From an uncultured Clostridia bacterium (GTDB lineage: Bacteria; Bacillota; Clostridia; Christensenellales; DTU072), in NCBI GenBank assembly GCA_944349735.1, contig CALVNM010000002.1:242-64241 (forward strand): a stretch of 64,000 nucleotides of DNA, read 5' to 3'. The translations under genes and the position numbers were made by a program. Of this stretch, positions 49,477-61,198 are shown piece after piece. Below the pieces are notes generated by a model. The model ran no database searches. It was not told the DNA's origin and saw only the letters and a list, made by a program, of their open reading frames with translations. Numbering within the stretch: the stretch's first letter is position 1; every line of letters starts with the position of its first letter.

Positions 49477-50895
49477 TTACAAAGATTTATAGAGCGCCAA
49501 ATATTGTTCTGCCGACTTGTCCCATGAGAAGTCCGCGCTCATCGCATTCTTGACTACGCCCTTATACCACAGCTCGGGCTGATAATAACAGTCGAGCGCG
49601 CGGCGGATAGCGTCGAGCATATCGTGGGCGTTATAGGTTTTGAAAGTGAATCCCAGTCCTTCTTTCGTCTCGGGATTGAAGGCGGGTACGGTATCCTTGA
49701 GACCGCCGGTCTCTCTTACCACTGGGATGGAGCCGTAGCGCATCGCTATCATCTGCGACAGACCGCAAGGCTCGTATTTCGAGGGCATCAGGAATATATC
49801 CGATCCGGCGTATATCTTACTCGCTACGTCCGCAGAGAAATAAATCGCGGTGGCAAGCTTTGTCGGGAACTGTTTCGCCACTTCTTTGAGAGCGTTCTCG
49901 TACTTCCAGTCGCCCGTTCCGAGTATCACGAGCTGTATGTCCATCGACAGGATGTCGCGGATAACGCCGAGCACGAGATCAATACCCTTCTGAGTAGTGA
50001 GGCGCGTAACCATGCCGATGAGCGGCTTATCGTTCTTCGGGAGTCCGAAAAGCTCCTGAAGTCCGTGCTTGTTCTCCGCTTTCTTCGCGTAAGTCTTATA
50101 ATTGTAATTGGCAAACAGCGCCTTGTCCGTCTCGGGATTATAGAGATCCACGTCGATACCGTTGACGATACCGGTGAGCTTATAACGGCGCGCGTTCAGG
50201 ATATTGTCGAGTCCGTAAGAATAATAAGGATCGAGTATCTCGTTCGCGTAGGTGGGCGAAACGGTAACCACGCGGTTAGAGGATTCTATACCCGCTTTGA
50301 GCATATTGGCGTCGTGCTTGTACTCCGCGATAGCGTAATGCGACGCGGGGATACCGAATACGTTATCGATAACGTACTTGTCCATATTGCCCTGGAACTC
50401 GATGTTGTGAATGGTAAGTACCGTCTTCATCGTCTTGTAGCCGTCTACGTAACGATAGAAACAATCGAGATAAAGGGGGCAAAGACCGGTTTGCCAGTCG
50501 TTGCAATGCAGAACGTCTGGATAGAATTTCGTGACCTGCATCGTCTCGAGTACGGCTTTGCTGAAGAATGCGAATCTTTCGCCGTCGTCAAAGTGTCCGT
50601 AGAATCCCTTTCTCTTGAAATAGAATTCGTTGTCGATGAAGTAATAATCTATGCCGTTGTAATTGCTCTTGAAAACGCCTGCGTATTGATTACGCCAGCC
50701 GAGGGGAACGGTGGTATTGCCTATGTACTGAAGGTTGTTGCGGTATTCGGGTTTCATGTCCTCGTAAAGAGGAAGAACGACCGCGACTTCCTGTCCGATA
50801 TGCTTGAGAGCGAGAGGCAACGCACCCATCACGTCGCCCAATCCGCCGGTGCGGACGAAAGGCGATGCTTCCGATGCAGCTAATAAGATTTTCAT
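49477..50895 (-). CDS. glgA: glycogen synthase
   Basis: 472 aa, MKILLAASEASPFVRTGGLGDV... and ...PSKYEPCGLSQM.... Confidence 0.97.
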   Translation of the reverse strand: MKILLAASEASPFVRTGGLGDVMGALPLALKHIGQEVAVVLPLYEDMKPEYRNNLQYIGNTTVPLGWRNQYAGVFKSNYNGIDYYFIDNEFYFKRKGFYGHFDDGERFAFFSKAVLETMQVTKFYPDVLHCNDWQTGLCPLYLDCFYRYVDGYKTMKTVLTIHNIEFQGNMDKYVIDNVFGIPASHYAIAEYKHDANMLKAGIESSNRVVTVSPTYANEILDPYYSYGLDNILNARRYKLTGIVNGIDVDLYNPETDKALFANYNYKTYAKKAENKHGLQELFGLPKNDKPLIGMVTRLTTQKGIDLVLGVIRDILSMDIQLVILGTGDWKYENALKEVAKQFPTKLATAIYFSADVASKIYAGSDIFLMPSKYEPCGLSQMIAMRYGSIPVVRETGGLKDTVPAFNPETKEGLGFTFKTYNAHDMLDAIRRALDCYYQPELWYKGVVKNAMSADFSWDKSAEQYLALYKSL

Positions 50896-50943
50896 ACTAA
50901 CCTCCTGATATTGACGGTATGCCGCCTTGCGGCGGCTTACCGG

Positions 50944-52059
50944 TCAGACGATTTTGTTTTTGACTATGACGATCGGGTAAGTCTCCGAGCCGGAGATCTG
51001 CCTTCCCGCGCCGATGACCACCTGCTTGTCGGTGATGGCGTAAGAGATGTGCCCGTCCTTCATGACGATGCCGTGCTCCATAATTATACTGTTACGGACG
51101 ACGGCGCCTTCTTCGATGCGCACTTTACGGAAAATAATGCTGTTTTCCACGGTGCCGTTGATAATGCAGCCGTCTGCGATGAAGCTGTTGACGACTTTCG
51201 CTTTGTCTTTGTATACGGTAGGAACGGAGTCTTTGACTTTGGTGTATACCTTGCGATCGGTGCCGAAAAGTTCTTCTCTGACTCCGGTCTCGAGGGTACG
51301 CATGCTCTCGTTGTAGTAGGTCTTGACGTCGTCCACGATAGCTGCGTAGCCTGCATGTTCGTGGGCGAATATCTTACCTCCCGCCACTTCTTTGAAAAGG
51401 ACGTCTTTCTCGAAGTCGACGTATCCGCGGGCGTAAGCCTGCTCGACGCGGCTGATGAGAAGGTCTTTCCTGAGAATATAGATGTTGAGGGAAATGAGTC
51501 TCTCCTCGTCAGACGGTATTTCGACCGCGCAAAGATCGGTAACTCTGTCCTCTGCGTCTTTAGTGATTATAACGCGCTTACTGCTGTTGACGCAAGCTTT
51601 GTGACACAACATCGTGCAATCCGCGCCGCGCGCGATATGCTCGTCGAGTATTGCGTCAAAATCTATATTCGCCGCTATATTGCAGTTGCTTACGCAGACG
51701 TAATCTTCCGGCGCTTTCTTGAGATAGTCGAGTACGGTATACAGCGCTTCGATCTTGCCTTTATACACTTCGCGGGAAGTATTGAGGACGAAGGGAGGGA
51801 ATACGGCTATACCGGAATTCTTTCTGTTGAGATCCCAGTCACGACCCATACGGATGTGATCCATGAGCGAAGAGTAATTGTTACGCGTTATGATACCTAT
51901 TCTGGTAACGCCCGAGTTCACCAAGCTCGACAAAGTGAAGTCGATAAGCCTGTACCTTCCCGCGAACGGAAGAGACGCCGTGGTGCGGTGTATCGTAAGC
52001 TCGTTTAATTTACTCTCGTTGCCGCTGGCAAAGAGTATTGCGACGATTTTCTTATTCAT
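50944..52059 (-). CDS. glgD: glucose-1-phosphate adenylyltransferase regulatory subunit
   Basis: 371 aa, a GlgC paralogue lacking the GGxGxRL motif (AILFASGNESKLNELT...). Positioned between glgC and glgA as in Bacillus. Confidence 0.9.
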   Translation of the reverse strand: MNKKIVAILFASGNESKLNELTIHRTTASLPFAGRYRLIDFTLSSLVNSGVTRIGIITRNNYSSLMDHIRMGRDWDLNRKNSGIAVFPPFVLNTSREVYKGKIEALYTVLDYLKKAPEDYVCVSNCNIAANIDFDAILDEHIARGADCTMLCHKACVNSSKRVIITKDAEDRVTDLCAVEIPSDEERLISLNIYILRKDLLISRVEQAYARGYVDFEKDVLFKEVAGGKIFAHEHAGYAAIVDDVKTYYNESMRTLETGVREELFGTDRKVYTKVKDSVPTVYKDKAKVVNSFIADGCIINGTVENSIIFRKVRIEEGAVVRNSIIMEHGIVMKDGHISYAITDKQVVIGAGRQISGSETYPIVIVKNKIV

Positions 52060-52060
52060 T

Positions 52061-53263
52061 TTATCTACCCTCCTCCTGAATCATTTCTCCGGCGGCTACT
52101 TTAGCTCCGGCGGATATGACCGCCTGGGGCGCTATAACCGCGATCTTCCACTCTCCGCCTTCGGGAGCTTTCTGCGTTTCGCCGATGACCGCGCCTTCGC
52201 TGATCACGGCGTTCCAGCCTATGATGGAATGACGTATCTCGGCTCCGGATTTGATCACGGCGTCCGGCATTATGATACTGTCGTGGATAACGGTGCCTTT
52301 TTCAACGACCGCTCCGCGGAATATAACGGAATTGACCACCTCGCCGTCCACTTCGCATCCTTCGCTTACCACGGAATTGCGGATCTTCGCGTTCATGCCG
52401 ACGTAATGCGGCGGTTCGGCGGTATTCCTCGCATAGATCTTCCAGTCGGGATCGTCGAGGTTTATACCGCTCCGGGGATCCAGAACATCCATATTAGCTT
52501 CCCAAAGTGAGGAAATCGTTCCGACGTCTTTCCAGTATCCGGAGAAATCGTAAGTATACATCTTCTCACCCGCGTTGAGCATGTTCGGAATGATGTTCTT
52601 GCCGAAGTCGTTATGGCTCGATTTATCCTGCTCGTCCGCGATAAGGTACTGCTTGAGCTTAGCCCAGTCGAAAATATAGATGCCCATGCTAGCCTTGGTC
52701 GATTTCGGGTGCTTGGGTTTCTCCTCGAACTCATAGATCTTGCCCTCGTCGTCCGCGTTCATTATACCGAGGCGGCTGGCTGCCTCGATCGGCACGTCGA
52801 GGACCGCGATGGTACAGGCAGCGCCTTTATCGATATGATGCTGGAGCATCTTCGCGTAATCCATTTTATAAATGTGATCGCCCGATAGTATCAGGACATA
52901 GTCGGCGTCGTATCTGTCCACGAAATCTATGTTCTGATAGATCGCGTTTGCCGTACCTTTATACCATTCGCCGGACTTGGCTTTCTGATAAGGAGGCAAC
53001 ACGAAAGCTCCGCCTTCAAGTCTGTCGAAGTCCCAGGGCTGTCCGTTACCTATGTACTGGTTGAGTTCGAAGGGCTGATACTGAGTCAGTATGCCGATCG
53101 TGTCGATGTCGGAATTGATAGTATTGGATAACGTGAAGTCTATTATCCTATACTTACCTCCGAACGGTACCGCAGGTTTGGCGACTTTCTGGGTGAGTAC
53201 CCCCAGTCTCGTGCCCTGCCCGCCGGCAAGTAACATTGCTACGCATTCTTTTTTGACTCGCAT
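52061..53263 (-). CDS. glgC: glucose-1-phosphate adenylyltransferase
   Basis: 400 aa, [39 protein letters not shown]. Confidence 0.97.
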   Translation of the reverse strand: MRVKKECVAMLLAGGQGTRLGVLTQKVAKPAVPFGGKYRIIDFTLSNTINSDIDTIGILTQYQPFELNQYIGNGQPWDFDRLEGGAFVLPPYQKAKSGEWYKGTANAIYQNIDFVDRYDADYVLILSGDHIYKMDYAKMLQHHIDKGAACTIAVLDVPIEAASRLGIMNADDEGKIYEFEEKPKHPKSTKASMGIYIFDWAKLKQYLIADEQDKSSHNDFGKNIIPNMLNAGEKMYTYDFSGYWKDVGTISSLWEANMDVLDPRSGINLDDPDWKIYARNTAEPPHYVGMNAKIRNSVVSEGCEVDGEVVNSVIFRGAVVEKGTVIHDSIIMPDAVIKSGAEIRHSIIGWNAVISEGAVIGETQKAPEGGEWKIAVIAPQAVISAGAKVAAGEMIQEEGR

Positions 53264-53274
53264 AACGGTTCCTC

Positions 53275-55149
53275 CTAATTAAGTCCGAGATATAGTGCGG
53301 TATTGCCCTCGAGCGTGAGGGTCAAGCTTTGTTTGCAACCGTGAGACTCCACGGGTTTTGTCCTGAATTTTTCGGGAATGACCGAATTCCCGCCGAATTT
53401 AGGCGAATTACTGTTGAGAATAACTTTATAAACGCCTTTATCCGGCACGCCGAAGGTATAGTCTTCGCGCGTCACGTCGGAGAAATTGATTATCACCACC
53501 ACGCGCTTGCCGGCTTTGTCCTCGCGGTAAAAAGCCACCACGTTCTGCACGGTATCGTCCACAACGAGCCATTTGAAACCGTCGTAAGTGTTGTCCTGCT
53601 CGAACAATGCGGGGTATTTAAGATAAACTTCGTTGAGTTTCTTGACGAAACGGTGTACTCCGGCATGAGTGTCGTACGCAAGAAGGAACCAGTCCAGCGG
53701 ACGGGTATAATTCCATTCGATGAACTGACCGAATTCGTTGCCCATAAAGTTGAGTTTCTTGCCGGGATGCGCGAACTGATAAGCGTACAACGCCTTCAAA
53801 GCGGAAAATTTATCCTGATACGCCCCGGGCATTTTCGAGATCATCGAGCATTTGCCGTGCACCACTTCGTCGTGCGAAAACGGCAGTATGTAGTTTTCGC
53901 TGAAAGCGTAAGATATACCGAAAGTAAGTTTATTATGGGCGCCTTTTCGGAAGAACGGATCTATTTTGACGTAATCGGTGACGTCGTTCATCCAGCCCAT
54001 GTTCCACTTGAAATTAAATCCGAGTCCGCCTATATCCGGCGGCATCGTGACCATCGGGAAAGCGGTGGATTCCTCCGCTATCGTTATGGCGTGCGGATTG
54101 CGGCTCAGAACGGTCGCGTTGAGATCTCTGAGGAAGGAAATAGCCTCGATATTGTGATTGCCGCCGTCCTTATTGGGACGCCATTCGCCGCCTCTCCTGT
54201 CGTAGTCGAGATAGAGCATGCTCGCCACCGCGTCGAGACGCAGTCCGTCTATATGGTAGTATTCTATCCAGAAGCAGGCGCAGGATATGAGGAAGCTTCT
54301 GACCGCGCCCTTGCCGTAATCGAATACCATCGTGCCCCATGTCTTATGCTCCGCTTTTAGGGGGTCGTCGTATTCGTACAGCGGCTCGCCGTCGAAGCGG
54401 AAAAGTCCGAACGCGTCTTTCGGGAAATGCGACAAGACGAGATCGAGTATGACCGCGATACCCGCTTCATGACACTTGTCCACGAGATACATGAAGTCGT
54501 GCGGGGTCCCGAAACGCGATGTCGGGGCGAAGAAACTGCCCACTTGGTATCCCCAACTCATTTCGAGCGGATGTTCCGTAACGGGTAGGAATTCCACGTG
54601 AGTATATCCCATTTCCTTGAGATAAGGGACAAGCGAATCGGCAATATCTCTGTATGAATAATAATTGCCGTCGTCGTGTCTGCGCCAGGAGCCGAGATGC
54701 ATTTCGTAAATATTCATCGGCGACTCGACGTGGTTGCGACGTTTGAGAGAATCGATAAATTCCTTGTCGTGCCACTCGTATCCGCCTATGTCATATATCT
54801 TTGAAGCCGTGGCGGGAGGCGTCTCGGTATGAGTCGCAAACGGGTCGGCTTTCATCAGTATGTCGCCCGCCTGCGTCTCGATACTGAATTTATAAGTATC
54901 GTATTTCTTGAGCGACTTGGCGTATCCTTCCCAGATACCGCCTCCGATAGGCGCCATTTTATTCATCGTGCGGTTCCAGCCGTTAAATTCGCCGACGACC
55001 GACACCGATTTCGCGTGCGGCGCCCAACAACGGAAACGCCATAATTTCTTGCCGTCTTTCACGACGTAGCTTGCGTGCATGAGACGGAATGCTTCGGCGT
55101 TGGTGCCCTCGTTGAATAAATAGATCGGCAATTCGAGTTGTTTGTTCAT
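53275..55149 (-). CDS. glgB: 1,4-alpha-glucan branching enzyme
   Basis: 624 aa GH13. ...[10 protein letters not shown]..., ...[12 protein letters not shown]..., ...TIAEEST..., ...LPFSHDEV.... Confidence 0.96.
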   Translation of the reverse strand: MNKQLELPIYLFNEGTNAEAFRLMHASYVVKDGKKLWRFRCWAPHAKSVSVVGEFNGWNRTMNKMAPIGGGIWEGYAKSLKKYDTYKFSIETQAGDILMKADPFATHTETPPATASKIYDIGGYEWHDKEFIDSLKRRNHVESPMNIYEMHLGSWRRHDDGNYYSYRDIADSLVPYLKEMGYTHVEFLPVTEHPLEMSWGYQVGSFFAPTSRFGTPHDFMYLVDKCHEAGIAVILDLVLSHFPKDAFGLFRFDGEPLYEYDDPLKAEHKTWGTMVFDYGKGAVRSFLISCACFWIEYYHIDGLRLDAVASMLYLDYDRRGGEWRPNKDGGNHNIEAISFLRDLNATVLSRNPHAITIAEESTAFPMVTMPPDIGGLGFNFKWNMGWMNDVTDYVKIDPFFRKGAHNKLTFGISYAFSENYILPFSHDEVVHGKCSMISKMPGAYQDKFSALKALYAYQFAHPGKKLNFMGNEFGQFIEWNYTRPLDWFLLAYDTHAGVHRFVKKLNEVYLKYPALFEQDNTYDGFKWLVVDDTVQNVVAFYREDKAGKRVVVIINFSDVTREDYTFGVPDKGVYKVILNSNSPKFGGNSVIPEKFRTKPVESHGCKQSLTLTLEGNTALYLGLN

Positions 55150-55161
55150 ATGTACTCCCGT

Positions 55162-55980
55162 TTACGGTTTTATGACGGAATTTAATATATTGAGTCCCAG
55201 TTTCCCCGCTTCTTCCGAAGCCTTTACGAAAAGCGCTTCGTTTTCCGCTCTGTCGTACGTTATTCCTATATATCCGCACCCGCTCCCGGTCATCGTCACC
55301 CTGTCGAACCCCGCGCAACAAAGCGCTTTACGCGCCGCGAGCTGGGAAGGATTGACGAAGACCGCCGCGGTCTCCAATTCGTTGAAGGGGACGAGATCCG
55401 TAAAGTACCCGTCCGTGTCTCCCCCGATACCTCCCAAGTGGTCGTATGCGGCGAATACGCATGCAGTGGACGACGGCGTATTCCCCCATACGAGGGTAAA
55501 ATACGCTTCCGGCAAAGAGAGCGGCTCTACGTTCTCGCCTTTTGAGCGCACTCGACATGACTTTGCGCCGGAATACTGAAACGGTACGTCAGCGCCCAGT
55601 TTAAGAAGAAAATCGCGCGTATATTCGGAGCCGAAAAGCTCACGGCAACAGCGCGCCACTCCCGCCGCGTCGGCGGAAGACCCGCCGATCCCAGCGCCGG
55701 ACGGAATCCTCTTTACGATATGAACGTCGAATCCGGGGAGCCCGAAGGCTTCTTTGACGATCTTAGCGGCTCTTAAGGCGTTGTCGTCCTGATACGACCT
55801 CATATCGTCGTACGTGACCGTAACGCGGTCGCACGGCGCTACCGTCACACGCACCTCGTCGTATACCGGAAACGCGTACATTACCGAATCTATGAGATGA
55901 AAGCCCTTCTCATCCCTGCCCGTAACCTTAAGTACCGTATTGACTTTGGCAGATATTTCCGTTACGACGCTTCGCTCCAT
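55162..55980 (-). CDS. ispE: 4-diphosphocytidyl-2-C-methyl-D-erythritol kinase
   Basis: The track ORF extends to 56094. I prefer ATG 55980 (MERSVVTEISAKVNTVLKVTG...), which gives a typical ~272 aa. GHMP motif IPSGAGIGGSSADAAG. Confidence 0.9.
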   Translation of the reverse strand: MERSVVTEISAKVNTVLKVTGRDEKGFHLIDSVMYAFPVYDEVRVTVAPCDRVTVTYDDMRSYQDDNALRAAKIVKEAFGLPGFDVHIVKRIPSGAGIGGSSADAAGVARCCRELFGSEYTRDFLLKLGADVPFQYSGAKSCRVRSKGENVEPLSLPEAYFTLVWGNTPSSTACVFAAYDHLGGIGGDTDGYFTDLVPFNELETAAVFVNPSQLAARKALCCAGFDRVTMTGSGCGYIGITYDRAENEALFVKASEEAGKLGLNILNSVIKP

Positions 55981-56128
55981 ACTTATATTTATTATAAAAT
56001 AATGATTAAGCAAAATCAATACCCGCGGCAAATTTTGGTAAAAGATTTTGTATGAGCGAAGGCGCGCGTTCTGAGGTATATACGGAAAAGACACGGCGTG
56101 CCGTGTCTTACCGTTTTCCCCTTATTAT

Positions 56129-57595
56129 TCAGTCTATGGGTCGGTACAGAAGTACTTTGTCTCCCCTCTTGAGCGGCAATTCGAGGTCGGGATTGAGCGA
56201 CATCAGTTCCTCTTCGTCGCTGTTCAGCTCCTTGGCTACGTCAAACAGCGTCTCGCCTTCGCCGACGAGATAGAGACTTATCGCCACGTCGGGAATTTCC
56301 TTGTCCGCCAATTCCTCATAGGAAGCGACGTAGGTTATTTCTCTGTCCCCCGAGCCGTGTATCTCCACGCACAGCTCGCCGTTAAGCTCGACGGTATCTC
56401 CCGGGCGTATCCTCGCGTTGATCGAAGTCACTACCGCAGAAGCGGTTATGGAACTTCTGCACGCAAACTCTCCACCGATAACGAAACGGAACGGTATTTC
56501 GGCAAGCGCGCGACCGGGTTTTCCGTCATTATCGAGGTATATGACTTCGGCGCCCACAATTCCTTCGACCGTAAGGCCGTCGGCGTAACGGGCGTTACAC
56601 GCGCCTATCCACGGCGCACCGATAAAGAGGAGATTGCGCATTCCAGCTTCTCCCGCGTCCACCGGAAGCGCGCCCGCGAATTTCTCATGAGAACTTATGA
56701 CGCACTCGTTGTCTTCCACGACGGCGTGCGCATAATCGAGTTTTATATCTTTGGAGCGGCTGTATGCGTCGACCACTATTTCCGCCTCGGTAGCCGCTAC
56801 CGCGAATCCCTTCACGGATACCACGGTCTCTGTCTTGAGTTCGGCGCCGTTATCCGCGTCGGTCACGCTGACTCCAGTAGATATGACGGTAGGAGTAAAA
56901 TACGCAGTGTCCGCAGGTGTCACCGTAGGCGCGAGTATTTCCGCTTCGAACGGAGCGGCAAGCGTGCCGTAACCTATCTTTCCGTCGGTGAGATACGTGA
57001 CGTATGTATAGCATACTCCCTTAATTTCGCATATTTCCGTAGCTGTAGATACATAATTTATACATACTGCCGAATCGGAGGTCAATACTTTGTCTATCTT
57101 GTCTCCGACGCGCTCCACGCCTTCCACCAGTATTTCGCTCCCGTTCAAGGGTTCTATACGTTCCACGCGTACGGAGGCGGTCTTACAACACAGCCCTTCC
57201 GCGCATTCCATGGTATCGAATCCGGAGGGAAGCACTACGTAACCCTTGATCTCCAGCATGAGCCTTACCTTGAGACGAGTCACGCCCACGAATTCCGTGG
57301 CGATAACGTTGGTCGTCGCGTCGACAAAGCTTTTGGGGGTAATGTCCGCCGACTTTATCTCTGCGGTATACTCATACGAATCTTCGATGCTGTCGAAGTT
57401 TTCCCCGCTACTGTAGATGACCTTATAAGTCACTCTGTAACCTATACGCGCTTCGCCCTGAATCGGCTCGATCTGCGTAGTACGCGCAGACGCGCTTACG
57501 GATACGATGTTCTCCGCGGCGGATACGTCTAAGTCGCGGTCGAGATAGAATTGGATAGGCGTAAAGTTTGCTTTCCTGTCCCCTTTTACAAACAT
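56129..57595 (-). CDS. DUF3794 (SPOCS)-type repeat protein with C-terminal LysM domain, sporulation-associated family
   Basis: 488 aa. AAGGGGGA RBS. C terminus ...YLVGEGETLFDVAKELNSDEEELMSLNPDLELPLKRGDKVLLY is LysM-like. Sits between veg and ispE, as in many Clostridia. Confidence 0.8.
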   Translation of the reverse strand: MFVKGDRKANFTPIQFYLDRDLDVSAAENIVSVSASARTTQIEPIQGEARIGYRVTYKVIYSSGENFDSIEDSYEYTAEIKSADITPKSFVDATTNVIATEFVGVTRLKVRLMLEIKGYVVLPSGFDTMECAEGLCCKTASVRVERIEPLNGSEILVEGVERVGDKIDKVLTSDSAVCINYVSTATEICEIKGVCYTYVTYLTDGKIGYGTLAAPFEAEILAPTVTPADTAYFTPTVISTGVSVTDADNGAELKTETVVSVKGFAVAATEAEIVVDAYSRSKDIKLDYAHAVVEDNECVISSHEKFAGALPVDAGEAGMRNLLFIGAPWIGACNARYADGLTVEGIVGAEVIYLDNDGKPGRALAEIPFRFVIGGEFACRSSITASAVVTSINARIRPGDTVELNGELCVEIHGSGDREITYVASYEELADKEIPDVAISLYLVGEGETLFDVAKELNSDEEELMSLNPDLELPLKRGDKVLLYRPID

Positions 57596-57679
57596 ACGGA
57601 AGTCCCCCTTTGCTGGTTATACCTAAAGATATTCGCCGAGGGACGCGTATATTCCGCTTGAGCAAAAAATTATTTCACG

Positions 57680-57922
57680 TTATCGGATCTTTCTTTTATA
57701 AAATAGGATATTGCGCGCCATGACGTCGGCATAAGTAAACGTATTTAACCCGCCGTCAGTTAGCCTGACCGTGAATACGTTGGGATACGTGTTTTCTATG
57801 ACGCCGTCAACCGTCTCGATCTTGTTCCTTCCGCGATTGACCTTGACGGTGAGCGGATACCCGCGCATGTTGTTTAGTTTTGCTATCGTGCTTTCCGTAT
57901 CGAGCAAAGTATAGTTTCTCAT
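57680..57922 (-). CDS. veg: Veg protein
   Basis: 80 aa, ...IAKLNNMRGYPLTVKVNRGRNKIETVDGVIENTYPNVFTVRL... matches the Veg (DUF1021) pattern. AGGAGA RBS. Confidence 0.88.
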   Translation of the reverse strand: MRNYTLLDTESTIAKLNNMRGYPLTVKVNRGRNKIETVDGVIENTYPNVFTVRLTDGGLNTFTYADVMARNILFYKRKIR

Positions 57923-57968
57923 TCTCCTATTATTGACCCTAACGGAAATTTTATCCCCGTACTGCCGT

Positions 57969-57998
57969 CAAAAAAAGGACCGCCGCGGCGGTCCTTTG
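57969..57998 (-). terminator. rho-independent terminator after ileS
   Basis: GGACCGCC-gc-GGCGGTCC stem, followed on the minus strand by T7. It lies 20 nt after the ileS stop. Confidence 0.85.
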
Positions 57999-58017
57999 GG
58001 ATACATTGCCCGGATCG

Positions 58018-61000
58018 TTATTTACGCGAGATCCTTACTTTGATGTTGTGAGACTGTACGTTGAACTCCGCTTCTGCCTCGGGCGCCTCTATCGCGGAAA
58101 GCTCTTTAGCGAGAATGTCGGCTTTGATCTTATCGGCATACTTTGCTATAGCCGCGCCGGCGACATCGTCGTCGGTGATTATCTCGGCATAGATGCGCTG
58201 CTCGACCGCAAATCCCGCGTCCTTACGCATGACCTGTATCTGACGTATCAGTTCTCTCACTATACCTTCAGCTATGAGTTCGTCGTCAAGCTCGGTATCG
58301 AGCGCGAGCGTTCTCGAATTTTCCGTAGTCACCACGAAATTTTTTCTCGGACGGTCGTGCGCGTCGAAAAGATTTCCTTTGAGTCCGCTGAACGCGCCTA
58401 TATCCACCGAATCCGAAGCGACTTGCTTTGCTAACGCCGCGTGTCCTAAGGCATCGAGTCCGTCCACGAGCGCTTTGAGTTTCTGAGCTTCTCCCTTCAA
58501 TGCGGCACCCGCTACGCGGAAATTCACGGTGAAATAGACTTCGTTGTACACGCTCGTATCGGAGGTGAACTCCACGTCTTTTACGTTAAGCTCTTCCTTA
58601 ATGACTCCGATAAGCGGCTTCACCGCTTCGTATTCGCCCTCCTGGGCGGTAACGTACATCTTTGAAAGCGGCTGTTTTACTTTGATCTGCGCTTCGTTAC
58701 GCATGCGCTGTGCGGTCGCTATGATCTCGCGTGCGATACGCGTGCTTTCCAATACCGCTTTATCCTCGGGAATATCCATGACCTCGGGATACGCCGTAAG
58801 GTGGACCGATACGGGAGCGTCTTTCTCTATCTCGCGCACGGTATTCTGATACACGTAATCGGTAAGGAAAGGAGTAATGGGCGCCATCACGCCGATTATA
58901 GCCTTGATCGCGTTGTAAAGGCAGGCATAAGCGTTCATCTGGTCCTCCTTGTCCGTGGATTTCCAGAAACGTTTGCGATTTATCCTTATATACCAGTTGG
59001 AAACGTCGTCGACGAATACTTCGAACTCTTTCACGAGCGAAGCATGACGGAACGTGTCCATCGCGTTGCGCGCAAATTTAATAAATTCGTTCGTGCGCGT
59101 AAGGAGCCACTTGTCGGAATAGTTGAGGTTTTCGTAAACTATCTTATGAGACGCTATGTCGGGATTGTCTATCGCGGCATAAAGATTGAAGAACACGTAT
59201 ATGTTCCAGAATCCTATTATCTTACGGCGCGCTTCGTCGGCGAGGTTGTAACCGAAGCGCACGTCAGAAGCTATGGGATTGCCCATGAAAAGATAACGTA
59301 TCGCGTCGGCGCCCATCTCTTCCGCCGCGTCGTCGAAACGGATCATATAACCCGTCTTGCTGAATTTGCCGCCGTCCTCTTTGATAACGCTCGAGTGAGC
59401 GACGACCTGCTTGTAGGGAGCTTTGCCGGTAAGAGTGACCGACATGAAGAGCAACGAGTAGAACCAAAGCCTTATCTGCTCTTTCATCTCTATTACGAGA
59501 TCGGAGGGGAAGTTGTTTTCGAAATACTCTTTGTCTTCGAAATACTTTTTGGTCGAGAAAGGAGTTATGCCCGCGTCGAGCCAGCAGTCTCCTACTTCGG
59601 GTATGCGCTCGACAAGCTCACCGCAGTTTTCGCAGTGGATCTTTATATTGTCGATGTAAGGCTTATGAAGATGCGGCACTCCGTCGATGTTGCCGTGCTC
59701 GCTCCTTGCGATAAGTTCTTCCTTGCTGCCTATAACGGTGACGTGACCGCACTTCTTGCAGACGTAGAAAGGAAGCGGCAGACCGTAGAAACGCTTACGG
59801 CTGATATTCCAGTCTCCCATGTTGTTCAACCAGTCGAGCATGCGCTTTCCTGCGAATTCGGGTTCCCATTTGACTGTTTTGGCAGCCTCTATCATCAAAG
59901 GCTTGATCTCGTCGGTACGGATATTCCACTCGTCCACGAGCTTGAATACCACGGGAGTCTTGCACCTCCAGCACTTGGGATAGCTGTGAGTGTACATCTC
60001 TGTCTTATAGAGTTTGCCTTGCTTTTCGAGAGAGCTGACGACCGCGTCCACTACGTCGGTGGTCTTCACTCCGGTGAACTCACCGAAGCCTTCGGTGATT
60101 ATGCCTTCGTCGTCTATAGGGCATATTGCGGGGATACCGAGTTTTTTACCCAGCTCGAAGTCCTCCGCGCCGCAACCGGGAGCGATATGCACAACGCCCG
60201 TTCCTTCCGTAGCGTCCACGTCTTCCCACGGGACTATTTTATGCGTGAATTTCTGACATTCGAAATCTTCGAAGCAGGTACGGTATTCTTTACCGACAAG
60301 CTCCGCACCTTTGAACGGTTCGCTGACTTCGACTATATCTCCTTTAAGTTTTCCGAGCGCGTTTTTGCCTACGATAAGGGGCGAAGAATCGCTCTTGACC
60401 TTCACGCGCACATATTCTATTTCGGGATTTACCGCAAGAGCGCAGTTCGACGTAAGCGTCCACGGCGTTGTAGTCCAAAGAATTATTTTATCGTCGGTGC
60501 CTACTATCGGCAGTTTAGCGAAAATGGAAAGGTGCTCCATATCCGAGTAAGATCCGCTCATCTCGTGATCGGACAGACTCGTTCCGCATCTCGGGCACCA
60601 GGGCATCGGGCGATGCGAGCGTACCAGCCAGCCGCGCTCGTTGCAAACCTTCAGGAAATGCCATATCGAAGTGATGTTCAGATCGGTATTGGTGAAATAG
60701 GAATGATCCCAATCCATCCATTGACCGAGACGCTTGCTCTGTTCGGTGATTATGCCCGCGAATTTTTTAACGCGATCCATGCACTGAGTGGTGAATTTGT
60801 CGACGCCGTACTTAACGATATCGCTCTTAACCTGGATACCGAGATCCTTCTCGGTCTCGACCTCAACCCACAAGCCCTGCGAATCGAAACCGTTCTGATA
60901 CTGGCAGGACTTACCGAGCATCGCGTTATACTTGATGTACATGTCCTTCATCGTTCTGCCCCAGGCATGGTGGATACCCATAGGGTTATTGGCGGTGATG

Positions 61001-61137
61001 GGACCGTCGAGGAAGCGGAAGCGTTCGCCGTTTTTGTTCTTTTCGACGAGTTTATCGAAACAACGGTTATCTTCCCAGAACTTAAGCATCGATTTTTCTA
61101 TCGCTATAAAATCGGGTTTGCTGTTTTCTTTTTTCAT
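58018..61137 (-). CDS. ileS: isoleucyl-tRNA synthetase, type 2 (long, eukaryote/archaeal-like form)
   Basis: 1039 aa. HIGH-region variant GPITANNPMGIHHAWGRT, KMSKS variant KFSKT, CP1 editing domain, and Cys pairs CWRC / CKKCGH...CENCG. Confidence 0.96.
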   Translation of the reverse strand: MKKENSKPDFIAIEKSMLKFWEDNRCFDKLVEKNKNGERFRFLDGPITANNPMGIHHAWGRTMKDMYIKYNAMLGKSCQYQNGFDSQGLWVEVETEKDLGIQVKSDIVKYGVDKFTTQCMDRVKKFAGIITEQSKRLGQWMDWDHSYFTNTDLNITSIWHFLKVCNERGWLVRSHRPMPWCPRCGTSLSDHEMSGSYSDMEHLSIFAKLPIVGTDDKIILWTTTPWTLTSNCALAVNPEIEYVRVKVKSDSSPLIVGKNALGKLKGDIVEVSEPFKGAELVGKEYRTCFEDFECQKFTHKIVPWEDVDATEGTGVVHIAPGCGAEDFELGKKLGIPAICPIDDEGIITEGFGEFTGVKTTDVVDAVVSSLEKQGKLYKTEMYTHSYPKCWRCKTPVVFKLVDEWNIRTDEIKPLMIEAAKTVKWEPEFAGKRMLDWLNNMGDWNISRKRFYGLPLPFYVCKKCGHVTVIGSKEELIARSEHGNIDGVPHLHKPYIDNIKIHCENCGELVERIPEVGDCWLDAGITPFSTKKYFEDKEYFENNFPSDLVIEMKEQIRLWFYSLLFMSVTLTGKAPYKQVVAHSSVIKEDGGKFSKTGYMIRFDDAAEEMGADAIRYLFMGNPIASDVRFGYNLADEARRKIIGFWNIYVFFNLYAAIDNPDIASHKIVYENLNYSDKWLLTRTNEFIKFARNAMDTFRHASLVKEFEVFVDDVSNWYIRINRKRFWKSTDKEDQMNAYACLYNAIKAIIGVMAPITPFLTDYVYQNTVREIEKDAPVSVHLTAYPEVMDIPEDKAVLESTRIAREIIATAQRMRNEAQIKVKQPLSKMYVTAQEGEYEAVKPLIGVIKEELNVKDVEFTSDTSVYNEVYFTVNFRVAGAALKGEAQKLKALVDGLDALGHAALAKQVASDSVDIGAFSGLKGNLFDAHDRPRKNFVVTTENSRTLALDTELDDELIAEGIVRELIRQIQVMRKDAGFAVEQRIYAEIITDDDVAGAAIAKYADKIKADILAKELSAIEAPEAEAEFNVQSHNIKVRISRK

Positions 61138-61169
61138 AAAATAGCTCCGTATCGTGTTATACGCAGTAG

Positions 61170-61198
61170 ATTATAACACACGCACGGAATAAAGACAA
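61170..61198 (-). promoter_or_regulatory. candidate ileS promoter
   Basis: The minus strand reads TTGTCT - 17 nt - TATAAT with an extended TGt. It leaves only a ~30-nt leader containing ACGGAG before the ATG. Confidence 0.5.
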